NCBI RefSeq assembly: GCF_006345805.1
Contig: NC_043007.1
Coordinates: 55,676,001-55,740,000, forward strand
DNA: 64,000 bases
Reading direction: 5' to 3'
From: Octopus sinensis
Taxonomy: Eukaryota
Shown: in pieces, positions 52,051 through 64,000 of the stretch
Numbering within the stretch: the first letter of the stretch is position 1
Layout of the letters: every line of letters begins with the position of its first letter
The notes under the pieces: generated by a model
The model's database searches: none
Told to the model about the DNA's origin: nothing
What the model saw: the letters and a program-made list of their open reading frames with translations, nothing else
Program-made: the position numbers and the translations under genes

Positions 52051-52595
52051 TAAGTCCTTCGTGTGAGAATGCATACCCAAAGCAGGTATTTTTTTTCAGT
52101 AGTTTACAAACAAAACTAAACCCGTAGGTACGGTGACAGACAAAATACAAATATATACAAAATACAGAGAGAGAGGGGGGAAGAAAGAGAGAGAGAGAGA
52201 GAAGATACTGAGATAGATAAAACAGATAAAAAGAAAAGAAAAAACAGGTAATGTTGACTATAATTTTAAAATCTCTCTTAACTGTTAGATTATAAGAAAG
52301 TGTTGAATAGAATAAAGAGTAAAACTAAGCGTTTAGAGATAATAAAGTGATAAAAAGGGTGAAGACTGACCGTTCTACTACTTATCAACTGTTCCTTTGT
52401 CTCTGTGAAGGATCTTTCTCTCGTAACAAAAGAAGCGGCCCCATTCTAAACTAGACTCCGCCTCTATTTTAATTTTTTTTTATGATCGTCTAGCCTAGCT
52501 TTTATATTCATTTTCAAAACAATTGGAAAAAATAAGTTACTAAGTATCCTTACCTAAATCGTACACATATTCCTCAATATACCCACCTACATAGT

Positions 52596-52638
<43 letters not shown>

Positions 52639-53329
52639 CTTACTAATATTCTTATTTTTACTGTTTATATCTATATTTAATATGAAAGTCTAACCCACAT
52701 ACAATGTAGTTTCTATATTTTTATATATCTACACGTATACGCACACACATCTATGTACATACAAATACACACTCATATGCATCCATCTGTAGATGCTCAC
52801 ACACACAGACATATACTTCTTATCAGATTCTTACTATTATAAAGCCAGAAGAGAAATAGTATGAAAACGTAAAATGAAATATATACGCTTTTTATATACA
52901 TACTATTTCTAAAGACAGAAGCAAAAAAAAAAATTTTTTTTAATGAAAATGAAATACATGCATATAAACACACTTCATACATTTTAACTGTTTATAAGAA
53001 AACAAAAATAGATAATACAATATGATAAATTTAAATTAAATATAATATATAGATGAGTGAAATAGAATATATCCACACATATCTATTTATTTATGGACAC
53101 AGACACACTTGTAATAAACATTGTTAGCCTAGTTCCAACCCACATACAAGGAAATGCATATAGCTTGATACATATATATATATATTCTTACATTTTTAAA
53201 ACCTAGCTATTTTTAAAACCTGAGAAAATACATACATTATTATAAGAAAAGATTTAAGCCGATTGAATCGATAGTTTCAAAACATAAATATATTTACAAA
53301 CTTGCGAAATGAGCATATTAATCTGTGTT

Positions 53330-53600
53330 TACATCTAATAACTCTTTCGGATTAACTATTCCCCAGTTTATCTGTACAGATTAAAATGCAGAGCCCTTCT
53401 TCGGAATAGAGATTGCAAGATCTTGAGAACGTATTGGTCGGATATGCATTTTTATCACGGTCCACGTGATAATGTATGGCGCTTTTTCTTCGTGCAGTGT
53501 CTCTTATTAATGTTTTTAATCAATGCAGTATCGTTCAGAAGGCACTAATTTTCCAGAGGACATGCATTCCTGTCCTTACAACTACTATTCCTTACCGCAC
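53330..53600 (-). mobile_element. Decayed Penelope-like GIY-YIG 3' remnant
   Basis: NSSCKDRNACPLEN*CL and YIITWTVIK..AYPTN..SRSCNLYSEEGLCIL resemble the CNCR..CPL..CL and ITWSIL..AY....RCNLC..EKL.I motifs. Confidence 0.6.
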
Positions 53601-53976
53601 TGTTTTCTTATCAGTCTTTTTTCTATTTCTAATTTTTCCATTATTTTAATGATTACCATTCGTGCTCTTTATATTCCCTTCGTTACTGTCCTTGTTGCTG
53701 TTTCCAGTACTCCAGTCATTGAGATCTTCAGCATTTCGATTATCATTCATATTATTTTTGCCATCGCCTATATCATTATTTTTATCCGAAGTATTTGGAC
53801 TGGTTTCATTAGGTTTTTCTTTATTATAACAATCCTTATTTGAAGAATAAATTGTCTTTACCCCAACTAATTGTGTTAATTATCAATTGGCTTACCTTTC
53901 TATTATTGAATTTATAAATGTGGTATTCTAATTTTTTAGATGTTGTGTACCGTCTGTTAAAAATCTCGTGGGCGTG

Positions 53977-54028
<52 letters not shown>

Positions 54029-54113
54029 TGTGTGTCTGTGTGCGTGCTTCATTTCAGTCTTGAAGGCCTTTTCATAAAACCGTGTTACTACAGTTTAGAA
54101 ATTTCCCCTGCCT

Positions 54114-54393
54114 TTAATTCACATCTTCCCAGAAACAAGAGCACCACATAAGAACTTGCACTTTCCTCGGGAAGCAAATTGAATCCAACAGCATAGTGAC
54201 AATGTGTAGATACATTTGCATATTGGCAAGAACTTGAGAGTCTGGGTTTGAATGCTCTAATGCATTTAATTTCGATATTTGCTTTTTGAGTTTTCCGCGA
54301 TGCTCGGTTTGGCTTTTAATAACTATAACCAGTAATCTAATCGACTCATCTAATTCGGGGTCCTCTTCATTTGCATATCTATTAGCATCACGT
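54114..54393 (-). CDS. Candidate terminal coding exon of an unidentified gene
   Basis: The acceptor ctgaat...ttctttttatAG (AG = 54395-54394) opens a stop-free 92-codon frame, RDANRYANEEDPELDESIRLLVIVIKSQTEHRGKLKKQISKLNALEHSNPDSQVLANMQ...WEDVN*. The composition is protein-like and no TE motif was recognised. Confidence 0.4.
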
Positions 54394-54490
54394 CTATAAA
54401 AAGAAATATTCAGTTTGTTATTCGTGAGGATAGCGTACATAATTTTGCATCCTGTGTGCATATATCTCCTGTATAAATGTTTTGAGCTGC

Positions 54491-54559
<69 letters not shown>

Positions 54560-55519
54560 ACACACACACTCACACACACACACACTCACAATCTCTCAAT
54601 GTGTATGCTTAGATTTTAGTTCTCTAATATATATGTATAGTGTGTACATATTGAGTGTACCGTGCTTAGATTTGTATCTCTAATGATCAAACGGATATTA
54701 TCTAATGAATGTGTCGAATACATATCTCCAAAAGTTTACTAAGTTCATTAATGGCTTTATTGACTGTCTTTAAAACTAATGCAAAAGACCAGCGGAAAGT
54801 TATTTTATATTCGCCTTTCCACATCATATTGATTTGACATAACGTAACATTCTGTAATGAGATCACAGGTTCCATAACAACTAATTATGCATTGAAAGGT
54901 GCTGCTAAATTTATATCTTCAGATGATATGGAATTCAGAAATTAACGCGCCATAATTACTGTTTACTTGATAACAGAAATTAATCAATTCAGCTCGGGTT
55001 GGAATTTGAAATTTGAGTTTCTCGGCGAAGTAATTAAAATACAAGAAACTACCGAAGAGCAATGTTTTTAATCGCGACTCTTCAACTAAAAAACGAAAGA
55101 ACACCCGACAAAACACTAAAATCTTATTCGAAATGAAGTATTTGTTGAGTAATTAAAATGCTAATTTGAAGGTTGCGCGCTTATTTCAGTAAACTTCTAA
55201 ATATACTCTGGAGTTTTCATATGAAGCCCTAAAAATTGTGAGGAAAAATTTTCCAAGTAGTAAGTATGTAGTTTATTGATAAATTACAAGTTTAATCTTC
55301 TAAGAAGTATTTGTTTATTCTCAGAATGAAGTGTCACAGATATATCTTGTAGTATTTAGTTTTTCTTTTCCTGTATACTTCAATGTTAAAAGCTTTCCAG
55401 GCTTGATTTTGTATTTCATCCCTGGGAGATCAATAATCTAAACACCAGTAATATATTGAGGTTGCGGGGCTCTCCTAGGACTTTGCATTGATAACAAGGG
55501 ACTCCAAATCTTGATAACA

Positions 55520-56116
55520 AGGGACTCCAACACTCCTGTATCGCAGCCGAGGTCAACCAGTGGTTCTTCTTCCAGCTACCAGCTCCCCGTAGAGAATGTT
55601 CTTTTGGGATGTGGCCATCCTTCATGCGGTGGACTTGTGCTAGCCAGCATAGTCTACGTTGTCGAAGCAACGTGAACATGCTGGGAAGGCCTGCATTATC
55701 CAGGACCTCAGCGTTGGAGAGTCTGTGTTGCCAGGGACTACACAGTATGTAGCATAGGGTTCTTAAATGGAAGGTGTTGAGTCGCCGCTCTTGTCTGGAA
55801 TATGTGGCCAAGTCTCACTGGCATACAGCAGTGTGCCGATGACACAGGCGTTGTACACTGCCATCTTGGTCTTTACCATCTTCTTGGATTTTGTCCACAC
55901 TCTGGTTGTGAGGCGAGCAAGTGTCGTGGCTGCCTTCCCAATCTTCTAGTCAAGCTTTGTGTTCCGGGAAGGGTTGTCGATGATGGTGGAGCCGAGATAA
56001 GTGAACTGATGGACGACATCAAGTTCGTAGTCATCGATTTTGATGACCGGCAGTGCTTTTTGTCCCGTTGCAAGACCTGTGTCTTCTTTAGGTTTATAGT
56101 CAGTCCAAAGTCCCTA

Positions 56117-56118
<2 letters not shown>
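55520..56118 (-). mobile_element. RTE-BovB-type LINE fragment (post-RT region)
   Basis: DFGLTINLKKTQV, VHQFTYLGSTI, KIGKAATTLARLTTRVW, TKMAVYNACVIGTLLYASETW and LRQRRLCWLAQVHRMKDGHIPK. Confidence 0.9.
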
Positions 56119-56170
<52 letters not shown>

Positions 56171-56178
<8 letters not shown>

Positions 56179-56437
56179 ATTTAGAGGACTGACCACTAAA
56201 AAAATGGACAGCCTAGCCTATATGCTAGATATAGATGTCAAAATCGCCATTTTCCACGAGGAATGTGTTCTCAAGAAAAAATTCAGCAAAAAAGCAAAAT
56301 GTAAAAATGATTTTTAGGTTTTTTGCTGAATTTTTCTTGAGAACTCATTCTTCGTGGAAAATGGCGATTTTGACGTCTATATCTAGCATATAAGGTGTCT
56401 ATTTTTTTAGTGGTCAGTCCTCTAAATTTTGTATGTA
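56171..56437. mobile_element. MITE-like fold-back (about 115-bp arms, 25-nt spacer, TA at both ends)
   Basis: aatttagaggactgaccactaaaaaaat...attcagcaaaaaa is inverted at 56319-56428; TA at 56171-72 and 56436-37. Confidence 0.75.
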
Positions 56438-56507
56438 AAAAAATTTTTAATCTTCGGATTTTTTAAAATATGCTAGGCCACTGGTTTTAATTGATTAATA
56501 TCAATTT

Positions 56508-56599
<92 letters not shown>

Positions 56600-56682
56600 A
56601 ATAAAATAGAACATATGCATATATATAAACATATATGTACGTACCTACCTCTACATGTACATATACACGCATATATGTGTAC

Positions 56683-57183
56683 AGGACACCAAAAAGACGT
56701 CGAACACATAGAGAGACGAAAAACATAGACACAAACCAAGGAACAAGACAAGCAAAAAAAGAAAGAGATACAGGACAATAAGCACAACGAAAAATCCTCT
56801 TCTTCAGTCGCTAAGGTTTCATCTACTAAACGTTTCGAAGGATAAAAGCGAGACGTATACTTCGAAGAAACTTCCTTCCTGCGAAAAGCAAATCAATTAA
56901 AATTCTGAGATCTTTTCGCAGAGGGGTAAAAAAAGCAAGACGGTAACGACAGTACAAACATATAAACAGTTGATTTGCTTTTCGCAGGAAGGAAGTTTCT
57001 TCGAAGTATACGTCTCGCTTTTATCCTTCGAAACGTTTAGTAGATGAAACCTTAGCGACTGAAGAAGGGGATTTTTCGTTGTGCTTATTGTCCTGTATCT
57101 CTTTCTTTTTTTGCTTGTCTTGTTCCTTGGTTTGTGTCTATGTTTTTCGTCTCTCTATGTGTTCGACGTCTTTTTGGTGTCCT
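56683..57183. repeat. Near-perfect inverted repeat: 214-bp arms, 73-bp spacer
   Basis: 56683-56896 against 56970-57183 shows one mismatch by manual alignment. The ORF track shows the same peptide start on both strands (56473..56787 minus, 57079..57309 plus). Confidence 0.97.
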
Positions 57184-57208
57184 ATATATATATATATATA
57201 TACATATA

Positions 57209-57604
57209 GGCGGAGGAGTGGCTGTGTGGTAAGTAGCATGTTTACCAACCACATGGTACCGGGTTCAGTCCCACTGCGTGGTACCTTGGGCAAGTGTCTT
57301 CTACTATAGCCTCGGGCTGACCAAAGCCTTGTGAGTGGATTTGGTAGACGGAAACTGAAAGAAGCCCGTCCTATATATGTATATATATGTATATGTGTGT
57401 GCGCGTGTATGTTTGTGTTTGTCCCCCTAGCATTGCTTGACAACCGATGCTGGTGTGTTTATGTCCCCGTCACTTAGCGGTTCGGCAAAAGAGACCGATA
57501 GAATAAGTACTGGGCTTACAAAGAATAAGTCCCGGGGTCGAGTTGCTCGATTAAAGGCGGTGCTTCAGCATGGCCGCAGTCAAATGACTGAAACAAGTAA
57601 AAGA

Positions 57605-57607
<3 letters not shown>
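57209..57607 (+). mobile_element. Full-length tRNA-derived SINE (OR/OK-like, Deu/Nin-type)
   Basis: A box tggctgtgtgg, B box ggttcagtccc, the central domain and a 3' end gactgaaacaagtaaaagagta; nearly identical to the 45.8 kb copy. Confidence 0.93.
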
Positions 57608-57664
<57 letters not shown>

Positions 57665-58199
57665 TTGATCAAGAGTGATTCACGGTTAAACCCCAACAAT
57701 TCCCAAAACAATAACAAGGGAACACTCGTCATTTCAAAAGAAGCCCATCTGTCTTCACTTGACCTATAAAATTTTACCTTCAGATACCACTCTAAACACA
57801 ATGACACAAAATGAAGAATTATTGGGAGTTGTTTTGTATACATATCAAAAAAGTGTGATCGTGTGCGTGTGCGAGCGTGTGTGTGAGTGTGTGTGTGAGT
57901 GTGTGTACGTGTGCGTGCGTTTCGAATATTCATTAATATAGTAAGTGGGGTGTTTGTCAGTTTGAGAACCGCTAGTTTAGATTATTTAAAGGAGTTCGGA
58001 GACCATGAACTGATCACATAGTTTTTGATAGTGGTTGAAGTAATTGGTAACGTTGCCAATAGTGATATAGAAACAACTCTTATTTATTGAAGTAGATTTT
58101 TTTAAAAATTATCTCTTCCCTTTTCTGTAGTATAGGATCCTAGATTTCAACTAAATCTATTCAAACGAGTGAAATGTCAAATTGACGTGTAACAATTCG

Positions 58200-58420
58200 T
58201 GGCACTAAAACGCTTTCTTTACCATTTAATAATTCCTTCTATAAGTTTTGAAAGTCTTCTAATCATAGATAATGCAGTTGCTTTATGCTGTTTTATAATT
58301 CGATGAACTATAAAAATTAACCATAACAAGAGAATTTTCAATTCTCCTGACAGATTCACCATCTTGTATCAGAGCTATAACAGCATATTTGGCTTCTTAA
58401 GTAACACATTTTCTATTTAC
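58200..58420 (-). mobile_element. Possible Tc1 paired-domain remnant
   Basis: AKYAVIALIQDGESVRRIENSLVMG, then after a frameshift HRIIKQHKATA...SKL. Confidence 0.4.
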
Positions 58421-58708
58421 TTTATTTACAGAGCAATATTTGGTGGAATATGTGCAATATTTTCTGGAATAATCTTGAAAATTCTAGGCTGTTCATGTTT
58501 ATTGTTTCTCATAAAGATATACTTTAAAGGTATGATTGCAAAATGAGCAAACACTATAAAATATTAAACATTTTCTCACTAAATGTAATTGTTTCAATAC
58601 TTCCTGGCATGTACCATTAAAATAAATTTGAGATTTGGATATTATCTTAATGTTCACATTGATGGAAAAATGGCAGGATACATTAGAAATAATTGTTTTG
58701 TACAGGAT

Positions 58709-58726
58709 ATAATAATGATGATGATG

Positions 58727-58824
<98 letters not shown>

Positions 58825-59258
58825 CCTTTCTACTAAAGGCACAAGGTCTGAAATTTCGTGGGAGGGGGCAACTCGATTACAGCAAACCTAGTGCATAACT
58901 GGTACTTATTTCATCGACCCTGAAAAGATGAAAGGTAAGGTCGAGCTCGGCGGAATTTGAACTCAGAACCTGGTGGCAGATGAAATATCGCTAAGCATTT
59001 CGTCCAGCGTGCTAAAGATTGTACTAGCTCACCGCTTTAGTAATAATAATCCCTTCTACTATTGGTACAAAGCCTGAAATTTTGTGAGGATGGGCTTAGT
59101 CGATTACAGTGATTCCGAGTACGCAACTGGTACTTTTTTTATTGATCCGAAAAGATGAAAGGCAAAGTCGACCTTGGCGGATTTTGAACTCATAACGTAA
59201 ATACAAATTGCCGTTAATCATTGTGCCTGGCGTGCTAGCAATTCTGCTAGCTCGCCTT
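58709..59258 (-). mobile_element. Two tandem Meta-domain type SINEs (58824-59038, 59050-59258) with a long (ATT)n tail at 58709-58823
   Basis: Reverse complements of the 50.3 kb SINE: ggtactta...atcga...gatgaaagg.aa.gtcga...ggaatttgaactca. Confidence 0.85.
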
Positions 59259-60129
59259 AGTAATAATAATAGTGATAATGTCCACGATAATGATGTGTCT
59301 TTATTTGCTATATAATGGCATTGGATAAAGAAGATAATACAAAGAAGAAAGATTGTATAAAAGGTGTATGTTTATACAAAATGGGAGGTACAATAAACAA
59401 TTAGAAAAGTATACTAGGTATACAAATAGATGAACGTAATTCGGTCTTTCTGATACAAAATATCTTCAATTAGGTTCAATTTGTCAGCTTCACAGAACGA
59501 AGGTTACCCTGACCGTTAAAGGCAAGTACCCTCGCTTTACTGGTAAACTCTGACGTACAGGTATATTCTGTGAAAAGAACAATTCTTTTTTACCATTTTT
59601 GTCACCACATTCATATTCTAAATTCCCAGGCAGACATCACTTCCTCCTCAACATTCATCTTCCTAACCTAAAATTCGATATAGTCTTAACCGAAGTAAAA
59701 AGTGTCCGCTTTCACTTCTTTCAACCTCATCCACCACACAACCTCTTTCCTTATGGCCATCATAGAGAGAACTGACTTGCTTAACTAGGTTTTAGAAGCG
59801 CTGCACGTTGATCATCACGGTGAATTCGGTCATTAGCTGGATTCAGAATTCCACAGATCAATAATACCCAAACATTGAACGAAATGAGCAGATCAGTTTC
59901 GTCGCTTTGCGCACGTCATTGGTAGAGCTTTTGACAGAATGTCTGTGCCAGTAGAATTTATCTCGAAAAAGTAGTGTCCTTCGCTAATTCTGTCAGAGCA
60001 AGGATTTCTGTAAGTTATCTATAGTTATCGTAGCAACAGTCTTCCGTAACATACGTATCAAATCGTCCTCGTCGACAACACCACCCTTTCTCTACCACCT
60101 CTCGATCTGTAGAGATTGCAAACGTCCAC

Positions 60130-60640
60130 CGATTGCAATGTTCGACTGGTAGAAGGTTGTGAACGCTTTTAACAAATTCCAGATGACAAACATTCTTGGT
60201 CTTTGATACAGGACTGCACCTCTATCATAGAAACGAATGCGTTTAATACATACCACACAGACAAAACATAAAATATCATTACAACTAATAGCATGTCTGT
60301 TACAGGGAGTAAATTGATCAACACTGTATTAAGTGGGAGTAGGTTGGCTGTGTAGCGGAAGCACGCAACGAAAATAAGTCTGTTGGACAAAATATTAATT
60401 AGTTTCAGCAGACAATAATACATCTCTAGAAGAAGTGGAGAAATTATCTAAATATAAAGATCTGGAAATAGATGCAAACAGAATATTTGGACGAAAAATA
60501 GCAACCCTCTCTATAATAATAGGTGCCTTGGGAATAACTAACAAATATGCAACCTAATACATGATGAAAGCCTAAGGACTTACACGTACATACAGCATAC
60601 AGAAATTTGAATGGCTAAGAATTGTACACATATTACCCCG
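60130..60640 (+). mobile_element. Decayed RLE-type LINE 3' remnant
   Basis: LEEVEKLSKYKDLEIDANRIFGRKIATLSIIIGALG; the upstream DKHSWSL..ETNAF may belong to it. Confidence 0.6.
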
Positions 60641-61132
60641 AGTAATTTCCGTACAAGAGTAAATACGAAAACAAAACACTGCATAAACTGCTCTCTGGGA
60701 TGTGCAATGATAGTATGCATTAAATAAGTTACTAGAATGTTATTATTATTACTTGTTTTATTGTCGCGAAGGCGACGGATAGGGGCTATTATAATGACGA
60801 ATTAAAAAACAATGGATCTTTTATATCAAAAACAAAAATAATTGAATTCATGAGATACACAATCAATAAACCGAGACAATAAAAGAAAATTTTCGATTCA
60901 GCGATTGCTGAATGGTAAAGAGGGAGCAATAATGGTTGTGTTGTTAATAAGTTATACAATCAGAGAGTTGCGGTTAAGGAACTTCTTGTTAGAAGATGCT
61001 TGGAAAGAAGAGTCTTCTAACATCCCTTCTAAAGTAGTGTGTATGCATTTGCATATGTATATATATATATGTATGTATTTATATACGTGTGTGTGTACAT
61101 GCATATATGTATCGACACAAGTACTTTTTTAA

Positions 61133-61407
61133 AGCCCGGTACTTCTATTGTTCTCTTCGTCCGAACCACTAAGTTACGGGAAAATCAACAAATCACCAAG
61201 CGGTGGGGACGTCAAACACACACACGCACATATACGTACACAGACGCACTCACACACATATTCGATTCAGTTTTCCACTACCAAATCCACTTACAAGGTT
61301 TGGTCGGCCCGGAGATATAGCAGAAGATATTTGCTCAAGGTGCCACACAGGAGGACTGAACCCGAGATCATGTAGTTGGGAGAAAAACTTCTTACCAGAC
61401 AGCCACA
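61133..61407 (-). mobile_element. Diverged SINE (OR/OK-like); another fragment lies at about 61955-62080
   Basis: gctaagttacgg, ccaaatccact.acaagg.ttggtcggcccg and ggactgaacccg motifs shared with the 45.8 kb copy. Confidence 0.8.
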
Positions 61408-62199
61408 AGATTTTGGAAGCTTTGAAAGAGCGTGAAATAATTTTGGGGGAATGGGGAAACGCGAAGCAGATAATGGAGTATAAATATTGGATTAAATATC
61501 TTCTTGGATAGAAAAAGTCGAAGGCTGCTCGTTGGACCCAGTATTTTAACTTAATATTTACTCGTTATTAGTTATAACTTCATCTGCTTGGAGTTTCACC
61601 GCTGCAAAACAGAATTATTTCATGTTGTTTCAGAGTTACTTTGCTTGTAACAACAACAAAAACCATAAGCAAACAACCAGATACCTACGTTTTGCTGAAC
61701 GCAGCTTAATTCAAAAATTGGGAAGAACTACTAAGTTCTGAGTAAAATAATTATAAATACCGGACCCGCGGAAATTCCAAGATATAAGTCAGTATATTTG
61801 AAAACATTATGTTAATATATTAAACACAAGCAAGAAATTTCAAAAAATATTTTTGAAAAATGTCATTTAATCAAAACTATACTTTTAAATATAATGAAAT
61901 TAACAAGGAAGGTGTTGTTTAGCTTCTTTTTTTTTTTTTACTTATTTTAATCATTAGACCATGGCTATGCTGGGGCACCGCTTTGAACAACTTTTAGTTA
62001 TGCAGACGTAAACACATCAATACCAGTTGTCAAATGGCAGAGGGTGGCAGGACAAACATAGACAAAAGGCACACACACAAACATTTTTTATTTCCTTAAA
62101 CTATAATTTAAAGAAATTAAAGATGAATTAAAAAGATGAAACTTATTCATATATTGAAACCACTATATATCTAATCATATATCCAACAACTATCAAGTT

Positions 62200-64000
62200 C
62201 ATGTTTGAGTGGCTGAACATTAAAGAAACCAGTATGAATGAACACGACACTCTCTCAAAAATTCGGAGTGTAATAAAAACCTGAAAATAATTTGCAAAAT
62301 CTGCCTTGCACTTAAAGATATAATTTCAGCTAATGATGTTGGCATTACAAATCTCTACCACCTGTTCTATGCATCCGCGAAAATCTCAACAATTCTATGT
62401 GGTGAAAATATTAGAAAACGACAACATTCCCACAAAAAGCCTTCTTGACAAGAGCGTATTCAACACCAAATTCAGCTACGTAGGTCTGACATAGAATGTT
62501 TAAAATTCCTTAAGTTTGATAAGACTATCAAACCAACAAAACCCCAAAATTAAAGAAAAAATATAATATGAAAGCCATATTTGACATCGATACCATCATA
62601 GAAACCACTAAGCAAAAGGTATGTGCTAAAGCTGTCCGTATAGCAAGGTATGAAAAGCGTGTTAGATTCTTCAAGGACAACAACATCTCTATTACTATCA
62701 ACACCACCACCGCATACGTCACCAGTACCTCGGCTACCGTTATCATCATCATCAACTGAATCATCATTCTATCAACACTACCACCATAAAATAACCCAAA
62801 AATGTTTTACAGAAAGATAAGGAAAACACAAGCTACAGTAAAGTCTGTCCTATCAAAAGAAGTGCAGGAATTTTGGAATAAAATTTTGGCAGAAGATAAA
62901 ACACAATGAAAAGGCCCCTTGGATTCATAAAATATCTGCAGACTTAGACTCATTAGAAGAGCAAAAGTGGGAGGGTATCAAGAGCAAAAGCGGGAGGGTA
63001 GAGGATGTGAGATCTGCTCTCAGGAAGTCAAGCAAATGGAAGTCTCTAGGAAAGGATAACATTCCTAACTTCTGGTTGAATGCCTTCTCAGAGAACCATG
63101 AACTGCCAACAAAATTTACAACAATGTTTTGCAACGACCTAGTATGATTCCCTCTTGGCTAGTTAATGGTGTAACATTCCTACTTCCAAAAAATGAAGAA
63201 ACAAATGAACCAAAAAAATTATAGACCCATAACCTGCTTAACAATAATGAATAAAATGCTCACATCTGTCTTGACTAAATATATCTATAGCTTTTTTAAT
63301 AGAAAGTGGCATATTCCCTAATAAGTAAAAAGGATGTAAATGTGGGTCCTATGGTTGTAAAGATCAGCTCCTCATCAATAAAATGATGTGTAGCTAATTT
63401 TACAAACGGCACAAAAACTTGTCGATAGCCTGGATAGACTATAAAAAAGCTTTTGATAGCCTACCACATAGCTGGATTAATAAATGTCTGGAAATGTATG
63501 AAATAGCACCTACTCTGCAAAACTTCTTGTCTGTAAGTATGAGATCATGGAGAACCACACTAACTTTGAACAGTGACAACGAATCTCTTCATGTTGGAGA
63601 TGTAAGAATTTCATGTGACATTTTCCAGGGTGACTCTCTATCACCACTCCTCTTTTGTCTAGCCTCTATACCTCTCTCGAAATTGCTCAATGATGTACAA
63701 TACGGTTATAAAATGTTTGATAAAAATATAAATCATCTCATTTACATGGATGATTTAAAGCTCTGCAAAAAATGACCAACTAGCAATTGTTAAACATTTC
63801 AGTGATGACATCGATAGAGCAGCACGATATATTCACTGGGTAATTTGCAAAAACCTGAAAATGATCACATCTCACTCCTCTGGAACTTCACCATTCAAAC
63901 TGACAGAAAGATAGATGCCAATAGGCCAGACATTATATTGAAAGACGTCAAACAAAAATGATACCTCCGCATTGATATGACTGTCCCAATCGATATAAAT
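62200..64000 (+). mobile_element. Decayed, internally deleted R4/Dong-like RLE LINE running off the window
   Basis: KAVRIARYEKRVRFFKDN, WKSLGKDNIPNFWL, NYRPITCL, GSYGCKDQLLINK, IAWIDYKKAFDSLPHSWI, IFQGDSLSPLLFC and YMDDLKL, then a jump to LLWNFTIQTDRKIDANRPDIIL. Confidence 0.88.

Noticed and set aside
53523-53843. Hydrophobic plus-strand ORF as a possible second exon of the membrane-protein gene
   Set aside because: It is the antisense reading of an Asn/Lys-rich stretch adjoining a Penelope remnant. It has no family motif and no suitable phase-0 acceptor.
57020-57075. tccttc-GAAAC-gttt ... CTGAAGA-agggga as a circularly permuted hammerhead
   Set aside because: The 25 nt between GAAA and CUGAAGA cannot form both stem III with a UH site and stem I, and pair 10.1-11.1 is mismatched. 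It is kept only as a weak hint.
57957-57976. agtttgagaaccgcta resembling a hAT/Charlie TIR
   Set aside because: No partner TIR or 8-bp TSD was found.
45759-59258. tRNA-like A and B boxes
   Set aside because: They are SINE heads; none folds into a full cloverleaf, so no tRNA gene is called.
59885-59930. Minus-strand gtgcgc-aaa-gcgac-GAAAC hammerhead-like stem
   Set aside because: The core is heavily altered and there is no stem I pairing.

Overview
AT-rich, microsatellite-dense animal genomic DNA. The SINE families and repeat landscape look like an octopus (coleoid cephalopod); this is pattern recognition, not a database result. I found one convincing host coding exon (14426-14614, +), a four-TM CD20/MS4A-like, TMEM196-like first coding exon ending in a canonical GTGAGT donor. 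No recognisable second exon follows, so most of the window is probably one very long intron. The rest is layered mobile DNA: RTE-BovB, CR1/Jockey-type and RLE-type (R4/Dong-like) LINE remnants, Penelope-like elements (one with a long open RT plus GIY-YIG frame), Tc1, mariner, maT-like and Tigger-like DNA transposons, a non-autonomous Helitron, a MITE and many tRNA-derived SINEs. The main unexplained signal is a series of long fold-back (inverted-repeat) elements. One holds a divergent pair of near-canonical type I hammerhead ribozymes (4203-4284 minus, 4371-4452 plus) inside the Helitron. More decayed hammerhead motifs occur at about 32.3, 39.6 and 52.0 kb, and possibly at 6.7 and 25.7 kb. Arm differences in the fold-backs are skewed toward G-U pairs on the + strand. 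A candidate orphan minus-strand exon lies at 54114-54393. All alignments and counts were done by eye.
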